Below, piece by piece: positions 29,600 to 39,761 of a DNA stretch of 64,000 nt. A program made the translations under genes and the position numbers. Numbering within the stretch: the first letter of the stretch is position 1; the number at the start of each line of letters is the position of its first letter. The DNA lies in contig CAWIGG010000005.1 in assembly GCA_963835575.1 (NCBI GenBank), positions 288,001 to 352,000 on the forward strand, written 5' to 3'. Under the pieces are notes generated by a model. That model saw only the letters and a list, made by a program, of their open reading frames with translations. It did not search any database and was not told where the DNA came from. The DNA comes from an uncultured Spirochaetota bacterium. Its GTDB lineage: Bacteria > Spirochaetota > Brevinematia > Brevinematales > JAOACQ01.

Positions 29600-31955
29600 C
29601 AGGGCAGCCGTTCTCTTCCTGTTTTTCCTATCGGGCTGCCAGAATTTCGTAAAGATCGACTACAGGCCTTATGAAAAGGGCAAGCCCGTCCAGGCCATCA
29701 TCAAAAACAGCCACCAGGGTGCGGTCACCTGCCTGGCGGTGACGACCGATTCCCGGTTCATCATCTCCGGCTCTTTTGACAAAACGGTAAAAATCTGGCT
29801 GACCGACGGGACTTTTGTCAAATCCATCAGCACCGGCTCCCTGGTGAACGCCGTCGCGTTCAATCCGAACGGCAATACCATCATCGCAGGCCTGGCCGAC
29901 AAAACGATCCAGATCTGGACCCTGGACGGGGTGAAACTCAGGACCTGCACGGGGCACAACGCGGAAATCACGTCCCTGGCTGTTGCGCCGGACGGGAGCT
30001 TCTTCGTCTCCGCCTCGAAAGACAAAACCGTCAAAGTCTGGGACCCCAGCGGCAATCTGGCGAACAACATCCAGGCGCATGACGACGTTGTCAGCGCAGT
30101 CAAAGCAAGCTCCTCGATCCCTTTCCTCAATGAGATCGTGTCCGCCTCATGGGATGGGACGATCAAGGTCTGGTCCGCCATCGGGGATTTTCTGCTCCTG
30201 ACCATCAAGGACGATGACCAGCAGGGAAATTTTGTGGAATCCATTGCCGTCAGCCGGGACGGGCAGTACATCGCCGCCGGTTATTCCGACGGTAGTATCA
30301 AACTCTGGTCCCGGTCCGGGACATTGATCAAAAAACTCGTCGGGCATACCGATTACGTCAAAAGCCTGGCGATCACGAAAGACAACCGGACGGTCATTTC
30401 CGGCTCCGCCGATAACTCCATCATCATCTGGAACACGAACGGGAATATCATCAAGACGCTGAAAGAGCACAGAGGCATCGTACGCGACATCCAGCTTGTT
30501 CCCAGCGGGGAAAATTTCGTGTCCGCGTCCTCCGATGATACCATAAAAATCTGGTCTCCCAACGGCACTCTTCTGAAGACTCTTTCCTTCGGCAGCGCCC
30601 AGGTTTCGGGCATAGCGGCGTCCTCTGACCTCCGGACCTTTTTTACCGCAATGGATGACGGTACCCTCAGACTATGGAACACCGCCGGCGAAACGTTCCG
30701 GACCATACGGGGTTTAAAAAAAATCGTAACGAACATATCCATCACCGCAGACAATAAGATCATCACCGTGAACGAGGATAATATCCTGGACGTCAGAAGC
30801 ATGGGCGGAAGCCTGATCGGCTCCGTCAATCTGAATAAAAATAAAGTGAACTGCTTTACTGTTTCGCCTGTGGATCAGCAGATTTACGCCGGATTATCGG
30901 ATAACAGCATCAAGATCTGGGACATGTCCGGCAATCCCGTCAGGACTTTCAAAGCCCATGACAACCAGGTGACCGCTATTGCCGTTACCCCTCACGGCCG
31001 TTTCATCCTCTCCGCGTCAAAGGATAACACCCTGAAAATCTGGAGCCTCGGCGGAAAGGTCAAATTCGTTTACAAAGACCTTACCAACGAGATAAGTTCC
31101 ATCCAGGTTTCGCCGGACAGCAAGTATTTCCTGACGGAATCCTCCGATAAGATCTGCCGTCTGTGGTCCATGAAAGGCGAGATCCTTTGCACCATTGATG
31201 AAGATATTTCCGCCGTCTGCTTTTTGCCGGATCCCGGGTTCCTGGCGGTAAAGGATTCCGACGACAACCTGTCGGTCAGGAACTACAAAGGGGAAACCAT
31301 CACGAATTATACGGACATCGAGGAAATTTCCGAAATGCGGCCGGTCATAACCATGAAAAATGATAAAAAAAGGGGAAGGTATATCGTAGCGAAAAACCAG
31401 GACAATAAAATGGTCATTTTCAACGCCCGGAGCTTCAACTACATCAAGCTTCAGTTCAGCGAAAAATCCTTTTTCTTCCAGGACAATTTCGGGTATTTTG
31501 ACTGTCCCAGGGATATTATCAAGACGACGAAAATAGCGAGAGGCTTTACGCTGTACGATCTGGACCAATATGATAAATTATTCTTCAGAAAAAATGTGTT
31601 CGATTATTTTATGATGAATAAAATCCTGACCAACAGGAGTATTGAAACAGTCATCGATAATCAGTACAGCATCATTATCATCGAACCGGCTGACCGGATT
31701 TCGGTGCACACAAACTCCCTGATGCTGAAATTCACGATTGATAAACCGGATATTAAACTGAAAAATCTCTATGTCAAGGTCAATGCGAGGAAGTATAAAT
31801 TTAAAAAATACAAGCCCCTGGACACTGACCCTGCCGGGACATATCAGATAAAGATCAATCTGAATCATGGAAATAATACCATTTACTGCGGCTATATTGA
31901 CGCTGCCAGTAGACTGGAAATCAAAAGCGAGAAGATCAACATAATTAACAATTGA
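29586..31955 (+). CDS. WD40-repeat lipoprotein with C-terminal Ig-like domain
   Basis: About 12 (G)H..V..S.S.D.T(I/V)KIW repeats; MKNFNRAAVLFLFFLSGC lipobox from ATG 29586; INLNHGNNTI tail. Confidence 0.9.
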   Translation: MKNFNRAAVLFLFFLSGCQNFVKIDYRPYEKGKPVQAIIKNSHQGAVTCLAVTTDSRFIISGSFDKTVKIWLTDGTFVKSISTGSLVNAVAFNPNGNTIIAGLADKTIQIWTLDGVKLRTCTGHNAEITSLAVAPDGSFFVSASKDKTVKVWDPSGNLANNIQAHDDVVSAVKASSSIPFLNEIVSASWDGTIKVWSAIGDFLLLTIKDDDQQGNFVESIAVSRDGQYIAAGYSDGSIKLWSRSGTLIKKLVGHTDYVKSLAITKDNRTVISGSADNSIIIWNTNGNIIKTLKEHRGIVRDIQLVPSGENFVSASSDDTIKIWSPNGTLLKTLSFGSAQVSGIAASSDLRTFFTAMDDGTLRLWNTAGETFRTIRGLKKIVTNISITADNKIITVNEDNILDVRSMGGSLIGSVNLNKNKVNCFTVSPVDQQIYAGLSDNSIKIWDMSGNPVRTFKAHDNQVTAIAVTPHGRFILSASKDNTLKIWSLGGKVKFVYKDLTNEISSIQVSPDSKYFLTESSDKICRLWSMKGEILCTIDEDISAVCFLPDPGFLAVKDSDDNLSVRNYKGETITNYTDIEEISEMRPVITMKNDKKRGRYIVAKNQDNKMVIFNARSFNYIKLQFSEKSFFFQDNFGYFDCPRDIIKTTKIARGFTLYDLDQYDKLFFRKNVFDYFMMNKILTNRSIETVIDNQYSIIIIEPADRISVHTNSLMLKFTIDKPDIKLKNLYVKVNARKYKFKKYKPLDTDPAGTYQIKINLNHGNNTIYCGYIDAASRLEIKSEKINIINN

Positions 31956-32160
31956 TCCGGTTCATTTTCCGGCAAATAAAAGCTGTCGTGCGGCCGGGAG
32001 CGGATGCAAAACAAGCCCTCGGAGCGAACGCGTTCTTGAGTCTAATAAAATAAGAAAATGATTAAATATCAGCGTCCAGAAAAGTTTACTCTCTGCCATT
32101 GCCTACCGCCGGAGGACATGTACTGCAGTGGTGGTGCTGGCGCAGCCAGCGTTGCCATGC

Positions 32161-32455
32161 CTTTCCGCGCCTTCTGCGTCTCAGCGGTGAAATAAATTCT
32201 TTTACTAACCAACCATCTTGAATAATAACTAAATCCTCAAAAACTTGTGGTGAGCTTGCCGAATCCATCCGCCTCATCCGTGTTAGGAGTTTACCCTGAG
32301 CGTCAGTCGAAGGGCGTGAACAATCGGATATTATAAACAGGAATTCTTTTATAAAATCCATAATCGTATAAAGCTTTAGTATTAAATTACCATCATTCCC
32401 CGTCCTCTGCGATCGGCGCCTGTCCCGAGTTTAATCGAGGGACGCCTTTGCGTGA
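32161..32455. repeat. Cluster of periodic repeats with REP-like inserts
   Basis: CCGCGCCTTCTGCGTCTCAGCGG; GTGGTGAGCTTGCCGAA; CCCTGAGCGTCAGTCGAAGGG; GTCCCGAG..CGAGGGAC; partly homologous to 61254-61328. Confidence 0.6.
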
Positions 32456-32581
32456 AAATAATTTCCCCCAATTGACACTGTTTGTATTCAATAAATCGCT
32501 TGCAATTTTATTTTAATTCCGTATAATTACTTTCCGGCAGGTTATTTGAATTATTTCCTGAATTTATCAAGGGGGTAATGC

Positions 32582-32953
32582 ATGGAAATTAACATCGCCA
32601 TAATCGGTTTGGGACGGGTCGGTTTTATTCTTCTCCAGCAGTTGCTTAAAAACCGGCAGAAAGGCGTCAATATCCAGGCTGTCGCCGATCTTCAGGAGAC
32701 TACCGGCAAGGATTACGCGCGGACCCAGAGCGTCCCGATCAAATCCATGAAGGAAATAGCCCTGTTAAGCGACAAAATCGATATCATATTTGAACTCACA
32801 GGCAGTGCGGAAGTCCGGACGGAACTCAGAAACCTGCTCAGGGACAACAAGAACAGCCATACCGTCATAGCTACGGAAACAATCGCCGCGTTAATCAGTC
32901 TTTTATTGACTGAAGAATCCCTTCCAGATGTTCATCAGCACAAAGGATATTAA
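32582..32953 (+). CDS. Stand-alone NAD(P)-binding Rossmann domain (homoserine dehydrogenase/Gfo-like N-terminus)
   Basis: IAIIGLGRVG, AVAD, IDIIFELTG. Confidence 0.75.
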   Translation: MEINIAIIGLGRVGFILLQQLLKNRQKGVNIQAVADLQETTGKDYARTQSVPIKSMKEIALLSDKIDIIFELTGSAEVRTELRNLLRDNKNSHTVIATETIAALISLLLTEESLPDVHQHKGY

Positions 32954-33164
32954 GCGGAATATTAGAATATATGTAAATGTGTCATTATCTCGAATAATAT
33001 CAGCGTTGAAAAAGCAAAAGGAATATTTCAAAAATCTTTTATAATTATAAATAAATATTAATTACAAACAATATCAATGTGTGCCTTTATAAAAAAATTT
33101 GTTTTTTATCTGTTTATGATAGTAAAATATCGCTTCAAATTTATTATCATAATCGGAGGATTCT

Positions 33165-33869
33165 ATGAATGAAATGTTGAAAAACAAATGGGCTTTTGTT
33201 ACCGGCTCAAGCCGCGGAATAGGCCAGCAGATTGCCGTCGGCCTTGCCCAATGCGGATGCAATGTCATACTCCATGGCCGGAAAAAGGAAAACGCGCTGA
33301 AAACCCGGGAGATGCTTAAAAGCTACAATATCAAAACGGATATTGTCGAGGGAGAGCTGGATAATTTTGAAAAAATTAAAACCATGTGCGCGGATGCTTA
33401 TAAAAAAGCCGGGCATATCGATATACTCTATAATAACGCGGCGATTATGAGCCGAAGCCAGAAAGTCTGGACCATACCGATGGAAGAATGGAAAAGTCTC
33501 TTCGAAATAAACTTTTTCGCCGTCGTCGAAATCTGCAGCTTTTTTATTCCTAAGATGGTCGAGAAAGGCTGGGGCCGGATCGTCAATATCACATCCGGTA
33601 TTAAAGATCAGCCGGAACTCGCGCCTTACAGCGTCACAAAAGCGGCAATCGATAAATACACCCTGGACATCGCCGCGGAATTAAAAGGGACAAATGTGCT
33701 TATATCATACCTCGATCCGGGCTGGCTCCGTACAGACCTCGGCTCGCAGAGGGCGCCCTATGCCGTCGAAACGGTCATCCCAGGCGCGATCGCTCCCGTC
33801 CTGCTTGAGGATTTCGGCCCCAACGGCGAGCGTTTTTACGCGCAGGATTTTAAGAATCTCAAGCTCTGA
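33165..33869 (+). CDS. SDR-family oxidoreductase
   Basis: TGSSRGIG, NNAA, YSVTK, PGWLRTD. Confidence 0.95.
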   Translation: MNEMLKNKWAFVTGSSRGIGQQIAVGLAQCGCNVILHGRKKENALKTREMLKSYNIKTDIVEGELDNFEKIKTMCADAYKKAGHIDILYNNAAIMSRSQKVWTIPMEEWKSLFEINFFAVVEICSFFIPKMVEKGWGRIVNITSGIKDQPELAPYSVTKAAIDKYTLDIAAELKGTNVLISYLDPGWLRTDLGSQRAPYAVETVIPGAIAPVLLEDFGPNGERFYAQDFKNLKL

Positions 33870-33975
33870 AATATATATTTAGGGCAATTTTAATTTTATA
33901 CTACTGCTATTTTTTCATAGAGTTCGCCGACGTTAATAGGCCGGGTTTCTTTCAATTTAAATTAAAGGGCTTATC

Positions 33976-35313
33976 ATGAAGTATATATTGTATTTTTTAA
34001 TGTCAATAGTATTTCTTTCCGGTTGTACGGCCGCGCCCCATACCGGTTCAACGGGGGAAAACATATCTTCCGACCAGGACAAGATCATTCAGGGAGCGAA
34101 ACTCCCTCCTACGGGGAATGTAACCCGGAAATATCCCCGGCTGGTCAATTACTTTCATATGAGTTTTGATGAAAGCAAGGTGAGCTTAAGAGAAGAGAGA
34201 CTGGCCCAATGGGATGTTATTATTCTCAATCCCGACAATGTTCTTTCTGAAGGGATATCTCTTTCAAAAATCCGGGCCACCCATCCCGATATTAAAATAC
34301 TGGCATGGCTTTGTTTCGGTCAGGAGCCTGATCCGGCTTCACAGGTCGCCCAGGGAATACCGCCCGAGTCCGACCCCGGTAATTGGTTTATTAAGGACAC
34401 CAACGGACAGTATATCCATCCCCCCTGGGGCGGGCATCTCATGGACCCTTATAAAAATAGTTTTGCCTGGCCGAAATTTGTCATTACAAAAGTAACGAAT
34501 CTTTATCTTAAAAACGGGCTTTATGACGGCATTATGTTTGACTGCCTGACAGAATATCCCATCACCTTTAATGCATCAAATCCGCCTGACCTCAACGGTG
34601 ATCAAGTGTATAATGATATTGATGTAGAGTTATTCCGGCAAGGCATGTTGTATCTATTGGAGAATCTCCGGACAATCTGCGGAACAAACGCGATATTTAC
34701 AGGGAACGGCGGCATACCCTGGGCCACAAATTGCCCCTATTTTACAAACGCTAATGGAAATATGGATGAAAACGCGCTTGGCAATGAATTCGGCACAGAC
34801 TGGTGGTATGGATTATACGGCGGCAATCCTTCCGGCTGTTACGGAGTATGGGACGGCTACCAGTCCGCCATGAACGCCTATAATCCCCTGTCCCTCCCCC
34901 GTTATCATTTTATCAGCGCCGATGTGCGGGAAAACAGGAGCCAGACAGAAGCTCAAAATTTGACCGCCCTGACACCCGATGATCTCAGAAGAATGCGTAT
35001 GGGCCTGACAACATCCATGCTGATGGATGGAGGTTATTCCGGCTTTGACAGGGGCGACTGCCTCCATGGGCAGCTCTGGTGGTTTGACGAATATGACGCT
35101 GATTTGGTAAATCCAAAGGGCCCTTGCCAGACAAATGTTTTCGGGCCGGAAACCTACAGCAGGGAATTTGAAAACGGGATTGTCATCGTAAATAACAACT
35201 CAACAAGTATCCAGATTACTCTGGCTTCCAGCCATATCGATATTACCGATAAAAAGACAAATACCGTATTTACCCTGCCAGCCTATGACGGCAGGATATA
35301 TTTAACTCAATAG
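33976..35313 (+). CDS. Lipoprotein, putative glycoside hydrolase (GHL15-like TIM barrel)
   Basis: LSGC lipobox; YDGIMFD; RMRMGL..WWFDEYD..YSREFENGIVIVN. Confidence 0.7.
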   Translation: MKYILYFLMSIVFLSGCTAAPHTGSTGENISSDQDKIIQGAKLPPTGNVTRKYPRLVNYFHMSFDESKVSLREERLAQWDVIILNPDNVLSEGISLSKIRATHPDIKILAWLCFGQEPDPASQVAQGIPPESDPGNWFIKDTNGQYIHPPWGGHLMDPYKNSFAWPKFVITKVTNLYLKNGLYDGIMFDCLTEYPITFNASNPPDLNGDQVYNDIDVELFRQGMLYLLENLRTICGTNAIFTGNGGIPWATNCPYFTNANGNMDENALGNEFGTDWWYGLYGGNPSGCYGVWDGYQSAMNAYNPLSLPRYHFISADVRENRSQTEAQNLTALTPDDLRRMRMGLTTSMLMDGGYSGFDRGDCLHGQLWWFDEYDADLVNPKGPCQTNVFGPETYSREFENGIVIVNNNSTSIQITLASSHIDITDKKTNTVFTLPAYDGRIYLTQ

Positions 35314-35425
35314 GTCCATCCGCCTGCCGTTCATTTTCATCTCACATTTAAATCTTTATTTTTTTACCGCACAGTGGTATAATATAAATAATTATTTTAA
35401 CAGGTAATGAAAAAGGAGTACGGCC

Positions 35426-37033
35426 ATGAAAAAGTTTTTTTTCCTATTTACCGCTTTAATATTCTGCTCAGTAATTCTTTACGCCGAAGATACCAATACC
35501 ACAAAGAAGGAACTCCTGGAAGAAAAAGACAATTCTAAAATTATCATCCCGGATGTCAAGCTCAGCATAGAAGACGAAAGCGAAGTCCCTCTTAAAAATG
35601 ATAACGGTTCCATACTGACCAACCGCGCATCCGATTACGGCAGGATTGATATAGAGGAGCTTTCCAAAACAAAAGCCAGCGACAAATTCAAATCCGAAAT
35701 GCTTAAAGAAAGAAAAAAGGAAGATTTCTCCATGTCTACTTTTAAAATGTTTTACGGATTGTATGATAATATTATCGCGGAAATGAATACAGGCAAGAGG
35801 TCCGGCAATTTTAATTACCTTGTCACCTATCTGCGTAATACAAGGGGAAACGTCGGCTACCAGGGCCAGAGTTATTTTAATACCGAAATGAACATCGACG
35901 ACCTGAACGGGGACCTGATTTATTCCGTCAGCTCCAATCTCGACCTCACCGGCTCATTCGGCTATTATGTCAGAGATATCGGGCTTTTTACCAATGAGAC
36001 AAATATTACCGAGACAAAAAAAAATGTGCCTCTCCGCCTGGGAACACTTTATAATTTCAATATCAATACGACATTGAAAGGAAGCGCATATTATAATTAT
36101 CTTGACCTGACGCACAAGATGATTTCCGGATACGACACGAAAAACCTCTGGGAAGCGGGCTGCGATATCGACTTCGAATCGAACTGGAGCAGGGATAATT
36201 TCCTTAAATTATCCGGGAAATATTCCTATTCTTCCTTCAGCAATGACATACTGCACTTTGGAAGGTTCAGCGTCCTCAATAAATTCCCGGTTTTCAGTAA
36301 TATCTCTTTTCAGGCGGGGCTTGAATTTGATGTTTACAACTATAAAGGATTTTTCTGGTACCCCAATATCATGCTCTTTTATAAATATTCCGGCATTCTT
36401 TCCATGAAAGCCGGCCTTTACGGCGAACAGAATAATTTGTCGCTGGAAAAACTGGTTAATGAAAACCAGATTGATTACCGCTTTACATACCCTGAGGAAA
36501 AATGGGTCTATCTCTATTCAATTCAGTATTCTCCTGTTCAATTCATCAATCTCCGCGGCAACGCCAGTTATCAGCAGTATTATTCCTATATGAACTACGC
36601 GTATATGCCTGAAAGCGGTCTCTATTCTTTCAGCTCAATATCCAATGTGAATGTCCTGGAAATAGAGGGGATTCTCGAATTGATAGCTTTTGACAGCCTT
36701 ATACTGAACGCCTCTTACATTTTCAGGCTCCCAAGCGAAACAAACCTTCTTTTCTTCAGCCAGAACCAGGTTTCAATCAATGTTGAATATAATTATGCCG
36801 ATTGGGGATTCACAGCGGGAACGCGGCTGACATACAAAGACAGCCAGAAATATCAGACTGACGCCTACTTTGATCCCAGGCTGATCTGGGACATTTCCTT
36901 ATCTCAAGCTGTCAGCAAGGATATCAGCATTGAACTGCTGTTTAAGAATATTCTTAATCAGAATAATTTTGAACGGCCCGATATACCCGCAGGAGGCTTT
37001 TCAGTCAATGCCGGCGTAAGGATTATATTATAA
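35426..37033 (+). CDS. Outer-membrane beta-barrel (TonB-receptor-like barrel, no obvious plug)
   Basis: Signal peptide; amphipathic strands; C-terminal WDISLS..FKNILNQ..PAGGFSVNAGVRIIL. Confidence 0.7.
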   Translation: MKKFFFLFTALIFCSVILYAEDTNTTKKELLEEKDNSKIIIPDVKLSIEDESEVPLKNDNGSILTNRASDYGRIDIEELSKTKASDKFKSEMLKERKKEDFSMSTFKMFYGLYDNIIAEMNTGKRSGNFNYLVTYLRNTRGNVGYQGQSYFNTEMNIDDLNGDLIYSVSSNLDLTGSFGYYVRDIGLFTNETNITETKKNVPLRLGTLYNFNINTTLKGSAYYNYLDLTHKMISGYDTKNLWEAGCDIDFESNWSRDNFLKLSGKYSYSSFSNDILHFGRFSVLNKFPVFSNISFQAGLEFDVYNYKGFFWYPNIMLFYKYSGILSMKAGLYGEQNNLSLEKLVNENQIDYRFTYPEEKWVYLYSIQYSPVQFINLRGNASYQQYYSYMNYAYMPESGLYSFSSISNVNVLEIEGILELIAFDSLILNASYIFRLPSETNLLFFSQNQVSINVEYNYADWGFTAGTRLTYKDSQKYQTDAYFDPRLIWDISLSQAVSKDISIELLFKNILNQNNFERPDIPAGGFSVNAGVRIIL

Positions 37034-37042
37034 GAAAGCCCC

Positions 37043-37069
37043 TTTACCAGGTCTTTTTCCTTCCGATAA
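37043..37069 (+). promoter_or_regulatory. Sigma28-like promoter
   Basis: TTTA-N15-TCCGATAA, same form as the motif before motA. Confidence 0.45.
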
Positions 37070-37095
37070 TTAAACTATAGAATCGGGAGGCCAAA

Positions 37096-38706
37096 ATGAA
37101 AAATATATTGTTGGTTTTATTATTATTTTCCGCCGCAGGATCCGCTTTTTCATACACCGCCGGGCTAAGCCTTACAGTTACGCCCAGGGAATTGAAAATC
37201 CAGGCGAATTATGTTTTTGAAAAAAATTCAATCAAGCTGGTCCTGCCGAAAAGGGCCCGGCTGATCAGCGTCGCCTCCTCTTCACAGGGCGGCGTGAATC
37301 CCTATCTGAACGGCAATATTCTGTTTGTGGATAATGTCGTTTCAAACTTCCAGGGCCGGATCAACATAATCTATTCCTTTTCGTTAAATGATATCAATTT
37401 TTATAATGATGACTGGCTTATACATCCTGACGAAAAAGGCTCGATCAATGCCGGGATAACCCTGCCGGAAGGCTGCAAGGGCCTTATTATTCCCTATGTG
37501 AGCAAGGACCAGGACGGTTTTACCGTCAGCGAGGATGATAAACCCCTTCTGATCTGCGGTAAATTTAAATCTGAAAATTATTCCGGTGATGACAGGAATT
37601 ATGAGATCTATTATCAGAATAAAATATTTATTACCACAAAAGATATAGACAATGTTTTCAAATCATACGAAAACCTGCTCTTCCCGCTGGAACAGAAAAA
37701 TATCACAGTCATTATGTTCCCGTCCATTCCCGGTACAATAAGGTATAAACAGAATAATATTTTTCTTGTTATCAATAACACCTCTTCCGATGAACTTAAA
37801 AAATCGGCGGCGCAGGTCTGGTTCAAAGGGCTCCTTAAATATGAAGGTAATGAACTGTTCGCCTATTCTGATATCTATAAACGGCTTATTCAGGACAACG
37901 GCCGTCCGACAACAGACGCCGCTTATATTGTCGCTGTACCAAGCCGTTCTTATTATGAAGAAACACTCCAAAAAGGATTCACGACAGGCGGCGTGTTATC
38001 CTGCGATATAAACAACATGATGAAAAACTTTGCCATCCTTCATTTCGCGTACTATACGGCAGGTATTGACAATTTCATCAATGCTTCCAGGGCTTTTTTC
38101 CTGCAGAAAAAAGACGCTCCCGAATCAAATAATATGAAATTTGCCGATTCATTCGCATCCATCAGCAACGCAAATCCCGATTTAGCTATTATAGCCGGAA
38201 AATATCTGCCTTTCTCTCAATCGATCCCGGACCTGAGCGTCCGGGGAAAAATCGCTTTCCGCAACCTGGACTCGGTCCCCGATATAGACGCTCTTGTAAA
38301 TGGTGAAAAAAAGAAGATCCTGTGGAATAATAAACGCAGTCAGGACGCGGCCCCGACCAACAGCGCTGTCATTCTCGACCCTGACAGGCTGATACCGCAG
38401 CTTAATTTTTACAATGATATATCCATTGCCGACGTCCGGGAAGCCGATGAATTGAAAGCGGCGGAACAGGCCGCCGTACAGCACCGTCATTACGGCGGTG
38501 AAAGCACGCGCGAAATACTCTATCTTGAAAAATATAAAACACCCGCCGTAAACGGCTTTTCGATTCCTCCTGACAGCTCAGTTTATATCGCCGTTGTCAA
38601 ATTTTTTGCTCCGGTGAATGATAAGTTCGCGACAGGCCTTAAAGAATTGATCATTGCCGTAAAAAACGGAAGGGCTTTTGTCGTAGCGGACAGGATCAGG
38701 CTCTAA
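37096..38706 (+). CDS. Exported protein resembling M1 aminopeptidases but lacking HExxH
   Basis: Signal peptide; ELKKSAAQVWF where HELAHQWF is expected; ILDPDRLIPQLNFYND M1-type tail. Confidence 0.6.
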   Translation: MKNILLVLLLFSAAGSAFSYTAGLSLTVTPRELKIQANYVFEKNSIKLVLPKRARLISVASSSQGGVNPYLNGNILFVDNVVSNFQGRINIIYSFSLNDINFYNDDWLIHPDEKGSINAGITLPEGCKGLIIPYVSKDQDGFTVSEDDKPLLICGKFKSENYSGDDRNYEIYYQNKIFITTKDIDNVFKSYENLLFPLEQKNITVIMFPSIPGTIRYKQNNIFLVINNTSSDELKKSAAQVWFKGLLKYEGNELFAYSDIYKRLIQDNGRPTTDAAYIVAVPSRSYYEETLQKGFTTGGVLSCDINNMMKNFAILHFAYYTAGIDNFINASRAFFLQKKDAPESNNMKFADSFASISNANPDLAIIAGKYLPFSQSIPDLSVRGKIAFRNLDSVPDIDALVNGEKKKILWNNKRSQDAAPTNSAVILDPDRLIPQLNFYNDISIADVREADELKAAEQAAVQHRHYGGESTREILYLEKYKTPAVNGFSIPPDSSVYIAVVKFFAPVNDKFATGLKELIIAVKNGRAFVVADRIRL

Positions 38707-38714
38707 AAAAAAGA

Positions 38715-38759
38715 CCCCGTCTGTAGGGGCGGGTTTCAAACCCACCCCTACAGACGGGG
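38715..38759. repeat. GTAG-type REP palindrome, may act as terminator between convergent genes
   Basis: CCCCGTCTGTAGGGGCGGGTTTCAAACCCACCCCTACAGACGGGG. Confidence 0.7.
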
Positions 38760-38781
38760 CGTGAATATAAAAATAAACCGT

Positions 38782-39174
38782 TTATCTCTTTGAGTACTGA
38801 GGACCTTTCCTCGCTTTTTTCAATCCGTAGTGCTTCCTCTGCACCATTCTTGAATCTCTTGTTAAAAAACCAAGGTCTTTTAAGGTTTTATGATATTTTT
38901 CCTTATCCAGCTTATCAATTGCCCTTGACAATCCATGACGGACCGCTTCAGCCTGGCCTGTCATGCCGCCGCCCCTGACAGTCACATAGAGATCGTATTT
39001 TCCAAGAAGATCTGTCGCTTTTAAAGGCGTCCGGACCGTTTCCCAGTACATGGCGGGAAAATAAGCTTCCACGTCTCTTTTATTGATCGTGATCTTGCCT
39101 GTTCCTTTAGAAATAAGGAAAACCCTGGCCACACTCGTTTTTCTTCTTCCCGTTGCGTAGATTTTATCTGACAT
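38782..39174 (-). CDS. rpsI: 30S ribosomal protein S9
   Basis: [31 protein letters not shown]. Confidence 0.98.
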   Translation of the reverse strand: MSDKIYATGRRKTSVARVFLISKGTGKITINKRDVEAYFPAMYWETVRTPLKATDLLGKYDLYVTVRGGGMTGQAEAVRHGLSRAIDKLDKEKYHKTLKDLGFLTRDSRMVQRKHYGLKKARKGPQYSKR

Positions 39175-39189
39175 CTCGATCGTCCTCCC

Positions 39190-39618
39190 TTATATTTCTA
39201 ACGGCTTGGCGGTGATATTCTTAAAATCATGCTCGGCGCCGGCGAATAAATAAAGCTTTTTAACCATCTTCTTAGCCAGCTTATTCCTGGGCAGCATGCC
39301 TTTTATAGCCTTTTCCAGAGGGAAAAGAGGCTTTTTCTGTATCATATACTTAAAAGGCACTTCGGTCATACCGCCGACATAACCCGAATAATGATAATAT
39401 ATCTTGTTTTTAGGTTTTCTGCCTGTGAGTATGAACTTATCGGCGTTGACAATGATGACAAAATCACCGTTGTCAAGATGCCGGGTATAACTCGGTTTAT
39501 GCTTTCCCATCAGAATCTGGGCCGCTTTGGAAGCGATTCTTCCCAGAGGCTTTCCGGCCGCGTCAATAATATAGTATTCCCTTTTTATCTGCGGCGATTT
39601 TAATACATACGTCTTCAT
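39190..39618 (-). CDS. rplM: 50S ribosomal protein L13
   Basis: IIDAAGKPLGRIAS, GKHKP, YYHYSGYVGG, KGMLP; start at ATG 39618 (MKTY). Confidence 0.98.
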   Translation of the reverse strand: MKTYVLKSPQIKREYYIIDAAGKPLGRIASKAAQILMGKHKPSYTRHLDNGDFVIIVNADKFILTGRKPKNKIYYHYSGYVGGMTEVPFKYMIQKKPLFPLEKAIKGMLPRNKLAKKMVKKLYLFAGAEHDFKNITAKPLEI

Positions 39619-39646
39619 TGAATACCACCCGAAAAAATTTCCATAT

Positions 39647-39674
39647 ATTATAATGGAAATCTTCATATTGTCAA
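39647..39674 (-). promoter_or_regulatory. Sigma70 promoter of rplM-rpsI
   Basis: TTGACA-N16-TATAAT on minus strand. Confidence 0.75.
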
Positions 39675-39761
39675 ATTATCAGCGGATAAATCTCGCCGGA
39701 ATAATTGCATATTGGCTTGATTATCTTTAAAATAAACATCAAGAAAATAACAGGAAGAATT

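Noticed and set aside
19150..31868. Many long antisense ORFs (e.g. 19150-19971, 22622-23371, 29669-30271)
   Set aside because: Shadows of sense-strand genes with clear motifs
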